Shown here in pieces: positions 52,613 to 62,739 of a stretch of DNA of 64,000 nucleotides (its first letter is position 1; every line of letters starts with the position of its first letter). Under the pieces are notes generated by a model. That model was given only the letters and a program-made list of their open reading frames with translations. It was not told the DNA's origin and did not search any database. A program made the translations under genes and the position numbers. Source of the DNA: Minisyncoccota bacterium (lineage in GTDB: Bacteria; Patescibacteriota; Minisyncoccia; JAHIHE01; JAGLIN01); contig JBAZUT010000005.1 in NCBI GenBank assembly GCA_041661265.1, positions 27,038 to 91,037 of the forward strand, given 5' to 3'.

Positions 52613-53590
52613 ATGAATGATAAACAACTGCAGGATTTCGTTTCATATCTTATCGAGAAAAATTACAAGGTTTACAGCCACAAAAATGTCGACAATAATG
52701 TCTTCATAGATGAAGTCAAAACCGGTAAAAATTTCAAGCTTTGCCCGCAAAAACCTTTGCATTCTTTCAAAAGTTTCTTTTTGGCTCCGTGCAAAAAAAT
52801 GATGCAATTCAAGGGAAAGGAAATCCTCTTGCTCAGGGACCCTGACGTAAAGTCCGTTCTTTTGGGACTTCATTTTTATGATATGAAAGCCCTGACGCTT
52901 CATGCCCAAGTTTTCAAGAAAGATCCCTATTTCCAGAAAAAACTCCGAAACATGATCATCATCGGCCAAAGCCCTATTCCCGAAGAGGACAGAAGCTATG
53001 AAAAATTCGAAAAGGAGATTTTGGAACATCTGAAATTCGATATTTTTCTCGAAGCAAAATCCACAAACGACCAGAAAGAATTCAGGATCTTCACCGGCTC
53101 CGAAGACGGGCAGAGGCTTCTTGACGGCTTCGGATATAAGGATTATGAGAACGTGGAATATGAAGGGCCGGTTCCGAAAAAAGGGCTCGATCAATTACAC
53201 CAGGCCCTTATTGAAAAAGTGAGAAAATCAAGAGGAAGCGCGATCTGGAAGGAACTTGGCAAAAAATGCATCGCCTGCGGCAAATGCACCATCGTCTGCC
53301 CTACATGCTTCTGTTTCAAATTCAAGGACGAGATCGAAAAGGACAAGATCACAAGAAGCAGAGAATGGGACAGTTGTTTCTATGAAGATTTTTCCGAGAT
53401 CGCCGGCGGACATAAATTTTTGGATTCGACCGAAGACCGGATATACAACTATTATGACCACAAATTCGTGAGGATACCGAACGAGTATCGCATGGTGGGT
53501 TGCGTCAGCTGCGGAAGATGCACGGAAGTCTGCCCCGCAGGGATAAGCTTGCCCGAAAATATAAAAAGGATCATGGAAGAGATTAAATAA
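52613..53590 (+). CDS. group 3b [NiFe] hydrogenase beta subunit (HydB/ShyB-like, 2x[4Fe-4S])
   Basis: CIACGKCTIVCPTC and CVSCGRCTEVCPAG; first gene of a four-gene operon. The track ORF begins with TTG at 52571; ATG at 52613. Confidence 0.75.
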   Translation: MNDKQLQDFVSYLIEKNYKVYSHKNVDNNVFIDEVKTGKNFKLCPQKPLHSFKSFFLAPCKKMMQFKGKEILLLRDPDVKSVLLGLHFYDMKALTLHAQVFKKDPYFQKKLRNMIIIGQSPIPEEDRSYEKFEKEILEHLKFDIFLEAKSTNDQKEFRIFTGSEDGQRLLDGFGYKDYENVEYEGPVPKKGLDQLHQALIEKVRKSRGSAIWKELGKKCIACGKCTIVCPTCFCFKFKDEIEKDKITRSREWDSCFYEDFSEIAGGHKFLDSTEDRIYNYYDHKFVRIPNEYRMVGCVSCGRCTEVCPAGISLPENIKRIMEEIK

Positions 53591-53608
53591 TAAGAAAATC
53601 AAAATAGC

Positions 53609-54430
53609 ATGAAAAATCCATACTATCCGTACGATGCTGAAATAATCAAGGTTGAAGAATTGACTCCCATCAATCGCCTTTTCACTTTCCAGATAAAAGA
53701 CAAAGCTTTCAAAAGCAAATTCAAATTCCGCCACGGACAGTTTTTCATCCTTTCGGTTCCGGGCTTCGGAGAAGCGCCTTTCGGCTTTTGCTCAAGCCCG
53801 ACGATCAAAGACAGCTTCCAGGCTTCAATAGACAAGCGCGGAGGCCTGACAAACAAGCTTTTCGAGCTTAAAAAGGGCATGGCAGTGGGGATCCGCGGAC
53901 CTTATGGGAACGGCTTCGATGACGTGAAAATAAAGACCAGGAATCTTGTGCTTGTCGCGGGAGGGTGCGGACTGTCCCCGCTTCGTACCGTCATCCAGGA
54001 TGCGAGCATGAATCCCGGCAATTTCAAAAAAATACAGATCTTTTATGGCTGCAGAAATCCCGAACTCCTGTCGTTCCAGAAGGACTACAAAGCGTGGAGC
54101 AAAAATATCGAAGTCAATCTGACCGTCGACGCGCCTGACAACAAGTGGAAAGATAATGTCGGAGTTGTGACGAACCTCCTGACACAGGAAAAGATCAAAA
54201 GTGATTCCGTTGCGATCCTTGTGGGGCCTCCTATCATGTATAAATTCGTCGTGAAAAAACTCCTGGAGCTCGGATTGAAAGAAGAAGATATATATGTTTC
54301 TCTGGAAAGAAGAATGCATTGCGGAATCGGCGTTTGCCAGCACTGCGCGCTAATCAATGGCGGCTATGTCTGCACCGACGGCCCGCTCTTCTCCTATGCA
54401 GAGATCAAGAATGTGCCGGAAGGAATCTGA
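53609..54430 (+). CDS. group 3b [NiFe] hydrogenase gamma subunit (FAD/NAD(P)-binding, C-terminal [2Fe-2S])
   Basis: Ferredoxin-NADP reductase-like fold (RHGQFFILSVPGFGEAPF; LVAGGCGLSPL) plus C-terminal CGIGVCQHCA..C. Confidence 0.75.
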   Translation: MKNPYYPYDAEIIKVEELTPINRLFTFQIKDKAFKSKFKFRHGQFFILSVPGFGEAPFGFCSSPTIKDSFQASIDKRGGLTNKLFELKKGMAVGIRGPYGNGFDDVKIKTRNLVLVAGGCGLSPLRTVIQDASMNPGNFKKIQIFYGCRNPELLSFQKDYKAWSKNIEVNLTVDAPDNKWKDNVGVVTNLLTQEKIKSDSVAILVGPPIMYKFVVKKLLELGLKEEDIYVSLERRMHCGIGVCQHCALINGGYVCTDGPLFSYAEIKNVPEGI

Positions 54431-54576
54431 AAAATTTAAAATTGAAAGATCAAAATGGAAAATGACAGCTTAAAGTTTAAAAATGAATCCAAGAAACAAC
54501 CTCGCAAAAATAAAAGATAATTTTAACATTTTTAATTGTCAATTTAATTTTTAATATTTACATTTTACATTTATTT

Positions 54577-55347
54577 ATGCCAAAGCCCAAAACAGCCATA
54601 ATCAGCCTTACATGTTGCGAAGGGTGCCAGCTTTCCATTCTTGATCTTGGCGAAAAACTTCTTGATATTGCGGAAAAGCTGGATCTCCGGTCGTTCCGCC
54701 TCGCTTCGGGAACAAAGAATTTTCCCGGACCATATGACATCGCCATCGTTGAGGGATGCCCCGTCACAAAAGACAATTTTGAGAAACTTCTGGAGATCAG
54801 AAAACAGTCCAAAGTCCTGATCGCCCTTGGAGCCTGCGCGCACCTCGGAGGAGTCGCTGAGATCAAAAACTACAGAGGCAACAAAGATGAGCAGATAAAA
54901 TATGTCTATAAGAATTTTGAAAGGATAGATAATCCGGACATTAAAGCCATAAGCGAAGTTGTTCCGATCGACGCCTTCATCCCCGGATGCCCCATCAACA
55001 AAGAAGAATTCTATAGGATAGTGATGGAATTTGCAGAAGGAAAAAAACCGACCATCGCCCAAAGACCGGTCTGCTATGAATGCCAGCTCAGAAGAAACAA
55101 ATGCCTGCTCCAGGAAGGAAAACCCTGCTTCGGCCCCGTAACGCTCGGAGGATGCGAAGCGATCTGCCCCTCGAATGGGTTTATCTGCGAAGCCTGCCGG
55201 GGCCCGCTCAAGGGCGCAAGCATTGAAAAATTGACGGAGATCCTAAAAGACAGGATGACAAATGAAGAACTTATGAAAATTTCAGAGATATACGGCGCAA
55301 AGAATGAATTTGAAGATGCGATGTCAAAAACAGAAAATGGAAAGTAG
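54577..55347 (+). CDS. group 3b [NiFe] hydrogenase delta subunit (hydrogenase small subunit)
   Basis: N-terminal CCEGCQLS cluster motif and further Cys ligands (GCPINK...CYECQ). Confidence 0.8.
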   Translation: MPKPKTAIISLTCCEGCQLSILDLGEKLLDIAEKLDLRSFRLASGTKNFPGPYDIAIVEGCPVTKDNFEKLLEIRKQSKVLIALGACAHLGGVAEIKNYRGNKDEQIKYVYKNFERIDNPDIKAISEVVPIDAFIPGCPINKEEFYRIVMEFAEGKKPTIAQRPVCYECQLRRNKCLLQEGKPCFGPVTLGGCEAICPSNGFICEACRGPLKGASIEKLTEILKDRMTNEELMKISEIYGAKNEFEDAMSKTENGK

Positions 55348-55551
55348 ACAATGGAGAGTTGAAGAATGAAGTTGAAAGTTTAATTCACGTATCATTGGAA
55401 TTAAAATACATAGACAACGAATGCTTTATGAGTGTAAAAAATAAGATCAGCAAAATCGGAAACCTATTGGGTGGTTTTAAAAAATATTTAAACAGCAAAA
55501 AGTAGAAAGGCATTCTCCACCCGCCACTTTCTACTATCTACTTTCTAATTT

Positions 55552-56814
55552 ATGAAAATAAAAATCGATCATATCGCGAAAATCGAAGGGCACGCCGGAT
55601 TTGTAGGGCACATCGTAAAAGGCAATGTGAAAAAGGCTCAAATCGAGGTGCAGGAAGGTGCAAGGCTTATCGAGAGCCTCCTTATTGGAAGAAACTATGA
55701 GGACGCGCCCGTAATCACATCCCGAATCTGCGGACTTTGCCCCGTCATTCACAATATCACAAGCATAAAGGCTCTTGAAGAATGCTTTGGCATAAAACCG
55801 ACGAAGGAAACCGTGATGCTTCGCGAACTCATGCTCGCGGGCCAGATCATCCAGAGCCATGTCCTGCATATATTCTTCCTGAGCTCCACGGACTATTTCA
55901 AGAACAGGGACGGACTTGATATTGCGGGAGAAAGACCCGAATTCGTCGTAAAAGTTCTGAGGCTCCGGGATTTCGGCAACAATGTCATAAAGTTCATCGG
56001 AGGAAGAGCCATTCATCCCCTGACCCCGAAAGTTGGCGGATGGCACAAGGTCCCGAATAAAAGCATTCTCCAGGAGATCGAAAAAGAAGGAAAAAAAGTT
56101 CTCCCCTACAGCAAGCTTCTCGTGGATTTCGTTATGTCGCTCAAGATCCCCGATTTCAAAAGAAAGACTGAATATCTGGCGCATAAGCCCAATGAAGAAA
56201 ACAAGTATTCTTCATATTACGGAAAAGTGCATTCAAACGAAGGCTGGGTTGCGAATGAGGAAAAATTCAGAGCGGAAATTAAGGAACAGCAGATGGACGG
56301 AACTGTGGCAAAACTCGCAAAGCGCGACGGGAAAAGCTATGCGACCGATGCCCTTGCACGGCTTCATATCAACAAAGAGAACCTGAATCCGAATGCAAAG
56401 AGAGCCCTGGAAAAGTCGAAGCTCAAGTTCCCGAATTACAATCCTTTCTATAACACCCTTGCGCAGACGATCGAAGTTATGCACTATGTCGAAGAATGCA
56501 GGAAGATCGCAGCGGAACTTGAAAAATGCGACCTTGCAAATATAAATACCAATTTTCAGGTGACTGCCGGCCATGGCGCCGCGATACTTGAGGCCCCGCG
56601 AGGCATGCTCTATCACGCCTATGAAGTAGACGGGCAAGGAATGATCACGAAAGCGGATGTGATGACGCCTACAGCGCAATTGCTCGTTAATCTGAATGAC
56701 GACCTCAAGCGATATCTTCCGCACGTGAACAAGTTCAAGAAGGAAAAAAGGGAACATGAGATCCTGAAGCTCGTCCATTCATATGATCCATGCATTTCAT
56801 GCTCGACGCATTGA
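55552..56814 (+). CDS. group 3b [NiFe] hydrogenase alpha (large, catalytic) subunit
   Basis: L1 motif RICGLCPVIH near the N-terminus and L2 motif DPCISCSTH at the extreme C-terminus. Confidence 0.9.
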   Translation: MKIKIDHIAKIEGHAGFVGHIVKGNVKKAQIEVQEGARLIESLLIGRNYEDAPVITSRICGLCPVIHNITSIKALEECFGIKPTKETVMLRELMLAGQIIQSHVLHIFFLSSTDYFKNRDGLDIAGERPEFVVKVLRLRDFGNNVIKFIGGRAIHPLTPKVGGWHKVPNKSILQEIEKEGKKVLPYSKLLVDFVMSLKIPDFKRKTEYLAHKPNEENKYSSYYGKVHSNEGWVANEEKFRAEIKEQQMDGTVAKLAKRDGKSYATDALARLHINKENLNPNAKRALEKSKLKFPNYNPFYNTLAQTIEVMHYVEECRKIAAELEKCDLANINTNFQVTAGHGAAILEAPRGMLYHAYEVDGQGMITKADVMTPTAQLLVNLNDDLKRYLPHVNKFKKEKREHEILKLVHSYDPCISCSTH

Positions 56815-56931
56815 AAATGAAAAAAGCAAATATCCCATGCCTGCGGCAGGCAGGAAAAATAAAAATGACAATGTAAAATTAAAAATTAAATTTCATTTTT
56901 CATTTTGATTTTTTAATTTTAAACTTGAAAC

Positions 56932-57186
56932 ATGCACGATATCCATGCAGCCAACCAGATCCTGAAAACTGCGCTTGAATACGCAAATAAGAACAAGTTC
57001 AAGAGAATAAGCTCAATGACGATCGAGCTTGGAAAGATTGTGGAACATAATGAACTCATAACTCCGGATAACTTAAAGTATAATATCGGACTTATCTCCA
57101 AGAACACCCCTGCCGAAAATTGCGAAATCATAGTGAATCAATCTGACAGCAACGAATTGAAGCTGGTTGAGATCGACGGAGAATAG
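56932..57186 (+). CDS. hypA: HypA-like hydrogenase nickel-insertion factor, truncated form lacking the Zn-binding CxxC pairs
   Basis: MHD N-terminus (MHE Ni-binding motif in canonical HypA) and similar length and architecture to the HypA N-domain; only one Cys in 84 aa. Confidence 0.5.
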   Translation: MHDIHAANQILKTALEYANKNKFKRISSMTIELGKIVEHNELITPDNLKYNIGLISKNTPAENCEIIVNQSDSNELKLVEIDGE

Positions 57187-57224
57187 ATTATTATTTTTAT
57201 CATATTTTGGCTTTGCTTAATGTC

Positions 57225-57274
57225 ATCCTGAACTTGCCTGCCCGCCTTTGGAGGGGTTCAGGATCTTCGTTTTA
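57225..57274 (+). terminator. intrinsic terminator after hypA
   Basis: 9-bp stem atcctgaac/gttcaggat with a GC-rich interior, followed by cttcgtttt. Confidence 0.55.
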
Positions 57275-57338
57275 ATATCTCCATATAAAGAAACACGCTA
57301 TGCGTGTTTTATTGTATCGCTTTCATCCTATTAATTTG

Positions 57339-57869
57339 TCACATAAACAGATTCTCCGGATTATTCCTGTCCAGTTCCCATTTTATGGGATTATTTTGAA
57401 TATATCCACGGATCTCAAGCAATGATCTTTCATTGCGAATAACGTGGTCATAGAAAGAACGTTGCCACTGAAAATTTGTATCCGGATTTATTTCGCTAAT
57501 ACAGCGCGATGAAAATGTCTTGAAGCCGCGTATTATTTCAGATAATGAATATTTTTTGAATTGCTTGTCCGTAGTGACAGGTTTCAAACCTGTCACTACC
57601 ATCGCAATCGCGGTATTATCAATAGCAATGATTCCATGCATATGATTCGGCATAATAATCCATTCAACCAAAATACAATTTTTATAATGACTTGGCAAAT
57701 CCAACCAGCATTTTTTAGCGATTTCTCCGCACTTATTCAAAATCATTTTCCCGTCCTCAACTTTGCCAAAATATTCCTTCTTGTTTTTTATACAAATGGT
57801 CACAAAATAATACCCATCTTGTGAATAATCATAATCAGGTAATCTGTTCGATTTTCGGGATTTTAACAT
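57339..57869 (-). CDS. IS200/IS605-family HUH tyrosine transposase (RAYT-like TnpA)
   Basis: HUH motif MPNHMHGII and catalytic-Tyr block RSFYDHVIRNE. The track ORF starts with TTG at 57884; the ATG at 57869 is preferred. Confidence 0.75.
   Translation of the reverse strand: MLKSRKSNRLPDYDYSQDGYYFVTICIKNKKEYFGKVEDGKMILNKCGEIAKKCWLDLPSHYKNCILVEWIIMPNHMHGIIAIDNTAIAMVVTGLKPVTTDKQFKKYSLSEIIRGFKTFSSRCISEINPDTNFQWQRSFYDHVIRNERSLLEIRGYIQNNPIKWELDRNNPENLFM
57571..57599. repeat. 29-nt REP-like palindrome (gtagtgacagg-tttcaaa-cctgtcactac) lying in-frame inside the transposase ORF
   Basis: Perfect 11-bp stem; translated as VVTGLKPVTT within the protein. Confidence 0.7.
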
Positions 57870-57886
57870 GTTATCACGAAACAATA

Positions 57887-57915
57887 GTAGTGACAGGTTT
57901 GAAACCTGTCACTAC
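57887..57915. repeat. second copy of the 29-nt palindrome, inverted, immediately upstream of the transposase start
   Basis: Exact reverse complement of the copy at 57571-57599. Confidence 0.7.
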
Positions 57916-57934
57916 AAAATAAATTAATGTATGT

Positions 57935-58789
57935 TTATCTATTCCTGAAAAGCTCTATCTTTTCTTCCACCGCTTTCTGTACATTGTCCCTTGCAATGGA
58001 CATGAATTTTCTCGGATCGGTCGTCTGTTCGCCGCTGGCAAAAAAATTCTTGAGGGCTTCAATGAACGCGACCCTGATCTGTGTGTCGATGTTCACGTTC
58101 ACTATCCCAAATTCAGATATGGCCCTTTTCACATCTTCGACAGGGACTCCCGAACCGCCATGCAGAACGAATGGCGTGGAAACCTTTTCCCGGATCTTTT
58201 TCAGAAGATCGAAATCAAGCCTTGGATTTTCCTTCCCCTTGTATCCTCCGTGGATATTCCCGATTATGACAGCCAGCGTGTCAACTTTGGTCTTTTTGAC
58301 GAATTCTTCCGCCTCATCCGGTTCGGTTTTTTCCATCTGACTCAGAGCCACACCGACTTCAACGCTGGAATCGAGCTTCGGAATCTTTCCAAGTTCCGCC
58401 TGAATGAATACGCCCTTTTTGTGGCCATATTTCACGATCTCTTTTGTGATCTCGACGTTCTTTTCAAAATCATATGCGGAAGCGTCTATCATGACGGATT
58501 CGAATCCCGCATCGATGCACTTGATCACATTATCAGAATGCTTTCCATGATCAAGATGCAAAACCAGTTTCGCTTTCGATTCAGAAATAACACCCCTAAT
58601 CAAAGCTACAAGTGCATCAAATCCGGCATATTCAAGGGCATTTTCCGTGACACCGATCAGCGCTGGAAAATCTTTTGCGACAGCCGCACGCGCGATCCCC
58701 TGCGTTATCTCAAGATTATTGGTATCGAACGTCCCGACTGCATATCCCCCCTTTTTCGCATCGTTTATGATTTGTTTGATTAGTGACAT
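57935..58789 (-). CDS. fba: class II fructose-bisphosphate aldolase
   Basis: LHLDHG metal-binding block and IHGGYKGKENP...LHGGSG. Confidence 0.9.
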   Translation of the reverse strand: MSLIKQIINDAKKGGYAVGTFDTNNLEITQGIARAAVAKDFPALIGVTENALEYAGFDALVALIRGVISESKAKLVLHLDHGKHSDNVIKCIDAGFESVMIDASAYDFEKNVEITKEIVKYGHKKGVFIQAELGKIPKLDSSVEVGVALSQMEKTEPDEAEEFVKKTKVDTLAVIIGNIHGGYKGKENPRLDFDLLKKIREKVSTPFVLHGGSGVPVEDVKRAISEFGIVNVNIDTQIRVAFIEALKNFFASGEQTTDPRKFMSIARDNVQKAVEEKIELFRNR

Positions 58790-58874
58790 GTTTCAAATTA
58801 AAAGTGAAAAGTTAAAAATAAAAAATAAAATTTATATACTAGATAAAACACTTGCATTACAATATGATAACTAC

Positions 58875-59465
58875 TTACTCAACACACATTCCACGCTCAC
58901 AATAAGGCACTAAATGTTTTTCTTCTAGATCATCCCAATTATACAATGAGTCGTTGTAGCATAAAAAGGCATAATAATCAAAATGGGGATGAGTAACTTT
59001 TAAACCAAGTGATTTGCAATAAGCTTCTGCTGCCGGAATCTCTTTATTGTTGTTTATCATATAACATGTATAAATACCATCCTCTCTCTTTGAACAATAT
59101 TTTTCAAATATCTTTTTTGAATTATATGCATCTATGATATTTCCAAATGGCATATAAATATCAAATAATACTACAAACGTGACGACTAAAATGAAAAATA
59201 AGCGTTCTTTCTTTTTTTTAATTATTTTTGTGAGAAATAAATAAAGTAAAATTAAAAATAACACACTAATCAAAACTGTTGACGTAGAAGAAAGACTGGG
59301 CTCTAAGGTTGTGTAATATGCAACTTCGTTTGAAACATATGTTGATATAACAATTGATGGAATATATATAATATGGCCTAATATAATAGCACATATCAAT
59401 TCACCGACAATCTTTGCTATTTTTATTATTTTGCTGTCTTGTTTTTGTTTTAGACCCTCTTCCAT
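58875..59465 (-). CDS. hypothetical membrane protein with a Cys-rich C-terminal domain
   Basis: 196 aa with four transmembrane helices, then C...C...C..C. Confidence 0.45.
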   Translation of the reverse strand: MEEGLKQKQDSKIIKIAKIVGELICAIILGHIIYIPSIVISTYVSNEVAYYTTLEPSLSSTSTVLISVLFLILLYLFLTKIIKKKKERLFFILVVTFVVLFDIYMPFGNIIDAYNSKKIFEKYCSKREDGIYTCYMINNNKEIPAAEAYCKSLGLKVTHPHFDYYAFLCYNDSLYNWDDLEEKHLVPYCERGMCVE

Positions 59466-59478
59466 ATTTATTATTATT

Positions 59479-60246
59479 TTAACTGAACAAATTCACAATC
59501 CTCACAAATTCGCTGGCGTTCAGGGATGCTCCTCCGACAAGAAGCCCTTCCATTCCGGCCTTTTCGACAAAATCAGTTGCATTTTTATCATTCACGCTTC
59601 CGCCATAGAGGATCGGGAGATGATCTGCAGTCTTGCGATCATATAGCTTCGTTATGACCTTTCTGATGAGAAGCGCCATGCTCATGATGTCATCCGAAGT
59701 CGGAGTGTTTCCCGTGCCAATGGCCCAGATCGGCTCATAGGCTATGATAAGATCTTTCACCAAGTATCCGCTCGGAACGCCTGCCAGTCCTTTTTCTATC
59801 TCATTTGAAATGATATCCCCTGCCTTGTCCTCATCTCTTTCCTTTTGTGATTCCCCCACACAGAAGATAGGTTTGACGTTATTTTTCAATGCTGAATTTA
59901 TTTTCAGATTGATATTTTTATCAGTCTCTCCGAGATATATCCTTCTTTCCGAATGCCCTATTATCGCATAACCGACCCCCATGTCTTTTGCCATTTTTGC
60001 AGATATTTCTCCCGTATAAGCTCCGCTATCTTCCCAAAATATATTTTGGACCCCGATATCGAAACTTTTTCCACCTTTTATATTCGGAATATAAAAATAG
60101 GGTGGACAAATCACAACTTTGACGTTCTCCGAAATCTTTATCCCGTTCTTAACGGTTCTGATAATATTATCGGCCTCCTTGAAACTGACCGGATTCATTT
60201 TCCAGTTGGCGACAATTATTTTGGGTTTGATCCCGTTTTCAAACAT
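59479..60246 (-). CDS. tpiA: triosephosphate isomerase
   Basis: IVANWKMN, IIGHSERR and AYEPIWAIGTG motifs. Confidence 0.95.
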   Translation of the reverse strand: MFENGIKPKIIVANWKMNPVSFKEADNIIRTVKNGIKISENVKVVICPPYFYIPNIKGGKSFDIGVQNIFWEDSGAYTGEISAKMAKDMGVGYAIIGHSERRIYLGETDKNINLKINSALKNNVKPIFCVGESQKERDEDKAGDIISNEIEKGLAGVPSGYLVKDLIIAYEPIWAIGTGNTPTSDDIMSMALLIRKVITKLYDRKTADHLPILYGGSVNDKNATDFVEKAGMEGLLVGGASLNASEFVRIVNLFS

Positions 60247-60434
60247 CTTTGTAATAAATTAAAGATATGAGTTCCAAAATTAAAATATTGAAATGTAAAA
60301 TTAAAAAATCAAATTGTAAAATGACAGTTAAAAATTTAAAATGGATCAGATAAACGGCTTTTTGATATAATAATGATCATCATTTTGACATTTTAATTTG
60401 TCATTTTTATTTTTGATATTTACATTTTAAACTT

Positions 60435-61727
60435 TTAGAGGTTTCTTCTCAATTTCTCCGCCCTAGCGACCCTTTCTACGGCAACGGCATATGCCGCAAG
60501 GCGGGTGCTGATCCCGAGATCTTCTTTCTTGCTCCAGACCGCATCGAACGAGCTTTCCATTATTTTCTTCAATTTGCCGATATTTTCAGCCTCATCCCAA
60601 TAATAGTTCTGAAGATTCTGAACCCATTCAAAATAACTCACGATGACTCCGCCGGCGTTAGCCAGAATATCCGGAATGACCACGATCCCCCTTTTCTCCA
60701 ATTTTGTATCCGCTTCGGGAGTGACAGGGCCGTTCGCAAGCTCGATTATGAGCTTCGCTTTTATCTGCGAGGCATTCTGTTCAGTTATCACATTCTCGAG
60801 CGCAGATGGCATAAGGACATCCACATCCAGTTTCAAAAGCTGTTCGTTCGTTATAGTCCTCGTCCCGGGGAATCCGACGACGGACCTGGTGTCTTTTTTG
60901 AATTTCATGATCTTTTTGATGTCGAGAGCGTCATGCCCGCCAATCCCGTCTTTTCCTTTTTCATTTTTAGTTTTAACTTTTTCATTTGAAACTATTCCGC
61001 CTCTTGAGTCTGACACAGCGACGACTTTATAGCCCAGCGCGTTCAGGATCTCCGCGGCAAACGAACCCACATTTCCAAATCCCTGGATGGCGATCGTCAG
61101 CTTCTTGGGATCGAGTTTCATTTTTTTGATCGCTTTCTCAAAAACATAAACACCTCCCTGAGAAGTCGAGTATTTTCTTCCTCTCGCTCCGCCAACCTCG
61201 AGAGGTTTTCCCGTGACAACGCCGGGAACATTGTATCCCTTGATCCTACTGAATTCATCCATCATCCATGCCATGATCTGCGGGGTCGTATAGACATCGG
61301 GAGCAGGTATATCCTTCTCGGGACCGATAAAATCTTTCAGCTCCTGGATATATCCCCTTGAGAGCCTTTCAAGCTCCCCATTCGAAAGCTTCGACGAATC
61401 GACAATGATCCCGCCCTTGCCTCCTCCATAAGGAAGTCCGGCAACGGAACATTTCCACGTCATCCATGCGGAAAGCGCTTTAACCTCGGAAAGATTGACC
61501 TTTGGATGGAACCTGATGCCTCCCTTGAACGGCCCGAGAGCATCATTATATTGAACGCGATACCCCCTGAAAACCTTCATCTCCCCCGAATCCATCTTGA
61601 TCGGGATTGAGACTTCAAGGATCCTCTTGGGATTTTTCAGTATCTCCAGAACATTCTTGTCCAATTTCAAAAGCGAAGCTGCATTCTCCAGCTGCTTGGT
61701 GGCATTCGCGAAAGGATTCATTGCCAT
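60435..61727 (-). CDS. Glu/Leu/Phe/Val-family amino-acid dehydrogenase (glutamate dehydrogenase-like)
   Basis: [10 protein letters not shown] and GGGKGG catalytic region; C-terminal Rossmann [10 protein letters not shown]. Confidence 0.9.
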   Translation of the reverse strand: MAMNPFANATKQLENAASLLKLDKNVLEILKNPKRILEVSIPIKMDSGEMKVFRGYRVQYNDALGPFKGGIRFHPKVNLSEVKALSAWMTWKCSVAGLPYGGGKGGIIVDSSKLSNGELERLSRGYIQELKDFIGPEKDIPAPDVYTTPQIMAWMMDEFSRIKGYNVPGVVTGKPLEVGGARGRKYSTSQGGVYVFEKAIKKMKLDPKKLTIAIQGFGNVGSFAAEILNALGYKVVAVSDSRGGIVSNEKVKTKNEKGKDGIGGHDALDIKKIMKFKKDTRSVVGFPGTRTITNEQLLKLDVDVLMPSALENVITEQNASQIKAKLIIELANGPVTPEADTKLEKRGIVVIPDILANAGGVIVSYFEWVQNLQNYYWDEAENIGKLKKIMESSFDAVWSKKEDLGISTRLAAYAVAVERVARAEKLRRNL

Positions 61728-61750
61728 ATGTTTCGTTTAGTTTGTTACAA

Positions 61751-62686
61751 TTATCCCTCCTTCAAATATTTATATGCGCTTGTGGCCGAGATCGCTCCTT
61801 CCGAAACGGCAGTTACGACTTGTCTCAAGCTGTTTGATGCGTTCGTGATGTCTCCTGCGGCAAAAACCCCCTTCACATTCGTCGAGCCGTCTGCACTGAT
61901 CCTTATGCAGCTGCTCTCGTCTATTTCGACATTCAGCTCTTTCAGAAGGCTCGTGGAAGGAACCGCTCCGATCTCGATGAATACTCCATCCAGTTTGATG
62001 ATGTTGCTTCCTTCGTGCACACTGTCTATTTCGATCGACTCAACCTTCGTACTTCCCTCCACTTTAATGACGTTGGTATTGTAAATTATTTCAACGCTGG
62101 GGTTTTCTTCAAGCCTTTCTTCCACGATAGGCTCGCATCTGAGGGGCTTTCCCCTATATATCAAAAAAACTTTCTTGGCGTGTTCGGAAAGCATGGTCGC
62201 CGACATAGCCGCCGCATTGCTCCCGCCCACGACAGCCACGGTTTTGCCCTTAAAAAAAGCACCGTCGCACACAGCGCAATAGCTGACGCCCTTTCCCAAA
62301 AGCTTTTCCTCTCCCGGAATATTCAATTTCTTGTGTTTCGTCCCAAGCGCTATGATAAGAGACTTGGATTCCAGGATCTTATTTGAACTTGTTCTCACAA
62401 AAAAAATATCTCTTCCGGTATCAGTTTTTTTGGGACTTTTATTTATCTCGACAGCCTCTTCGGAAATGAATTCGTTGCCCAATTCCTTTGCATGATTATA
62501 GAATTTCATGATCAATTCCGAACCGGTTATCGATCTTTCTCCGGGCCAATTCTCGATCATATGCGCTTTTGGGACCGATCCGTCAAAAACATTTCCGACT
62601 ACAGCATGGTTTATTTTATACCTTGATGCATATATGGACGCCGCAAGCCCCGCAGGACCTGCTCCTAAAATAATTAGATCGTACAT
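61751..62686 (-). CDS. trxB: thioredoxin-disulfide reductase
   Basis: FAD motif IILGAGPAGLAASIYA and redox-active CAVCDG. Confidence 0.9.
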   Translation of the reverse strand: MYDLIILGAGPAGLAASIYASRYKINHAVVGNVFDGSVPKAHMIENWPGERSITGSELIMKFYNHAKELGNEFISEEAVEINKSPKKTDTGRDIFFVRTSSNKILESKSLIIALGTKHKKLNIPGEEKLLGKGVSYCAVCDGAFFKGKTVAVVGGSNAAAMSATMLSEHAKKVFLIYRGKPLRCEPIVEERLEENPSVEIIYNTNVIKVEGSTKVESIEIDSVHEGSNIIKLDGVFIEIGAVPSTSLLKELNVEIDESSCIRISADGSTNVKGVFAAGDITNASNSLRQVVTAVSEGAISATSAYKYLKEG

Positions 62687-62739
62687 GTTAAGTTCTTATT
62701 TCCAATTATGTTGAATTTACTCAGCCGATATGATCGTGA

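Noticed and set aside
56838-56856. gcctgc-gg-gcaggc palindrome after hydA as a terminator
   Set aside because: The loop is too short and no U-tract follows; it is likely not an intrinsic terminator.
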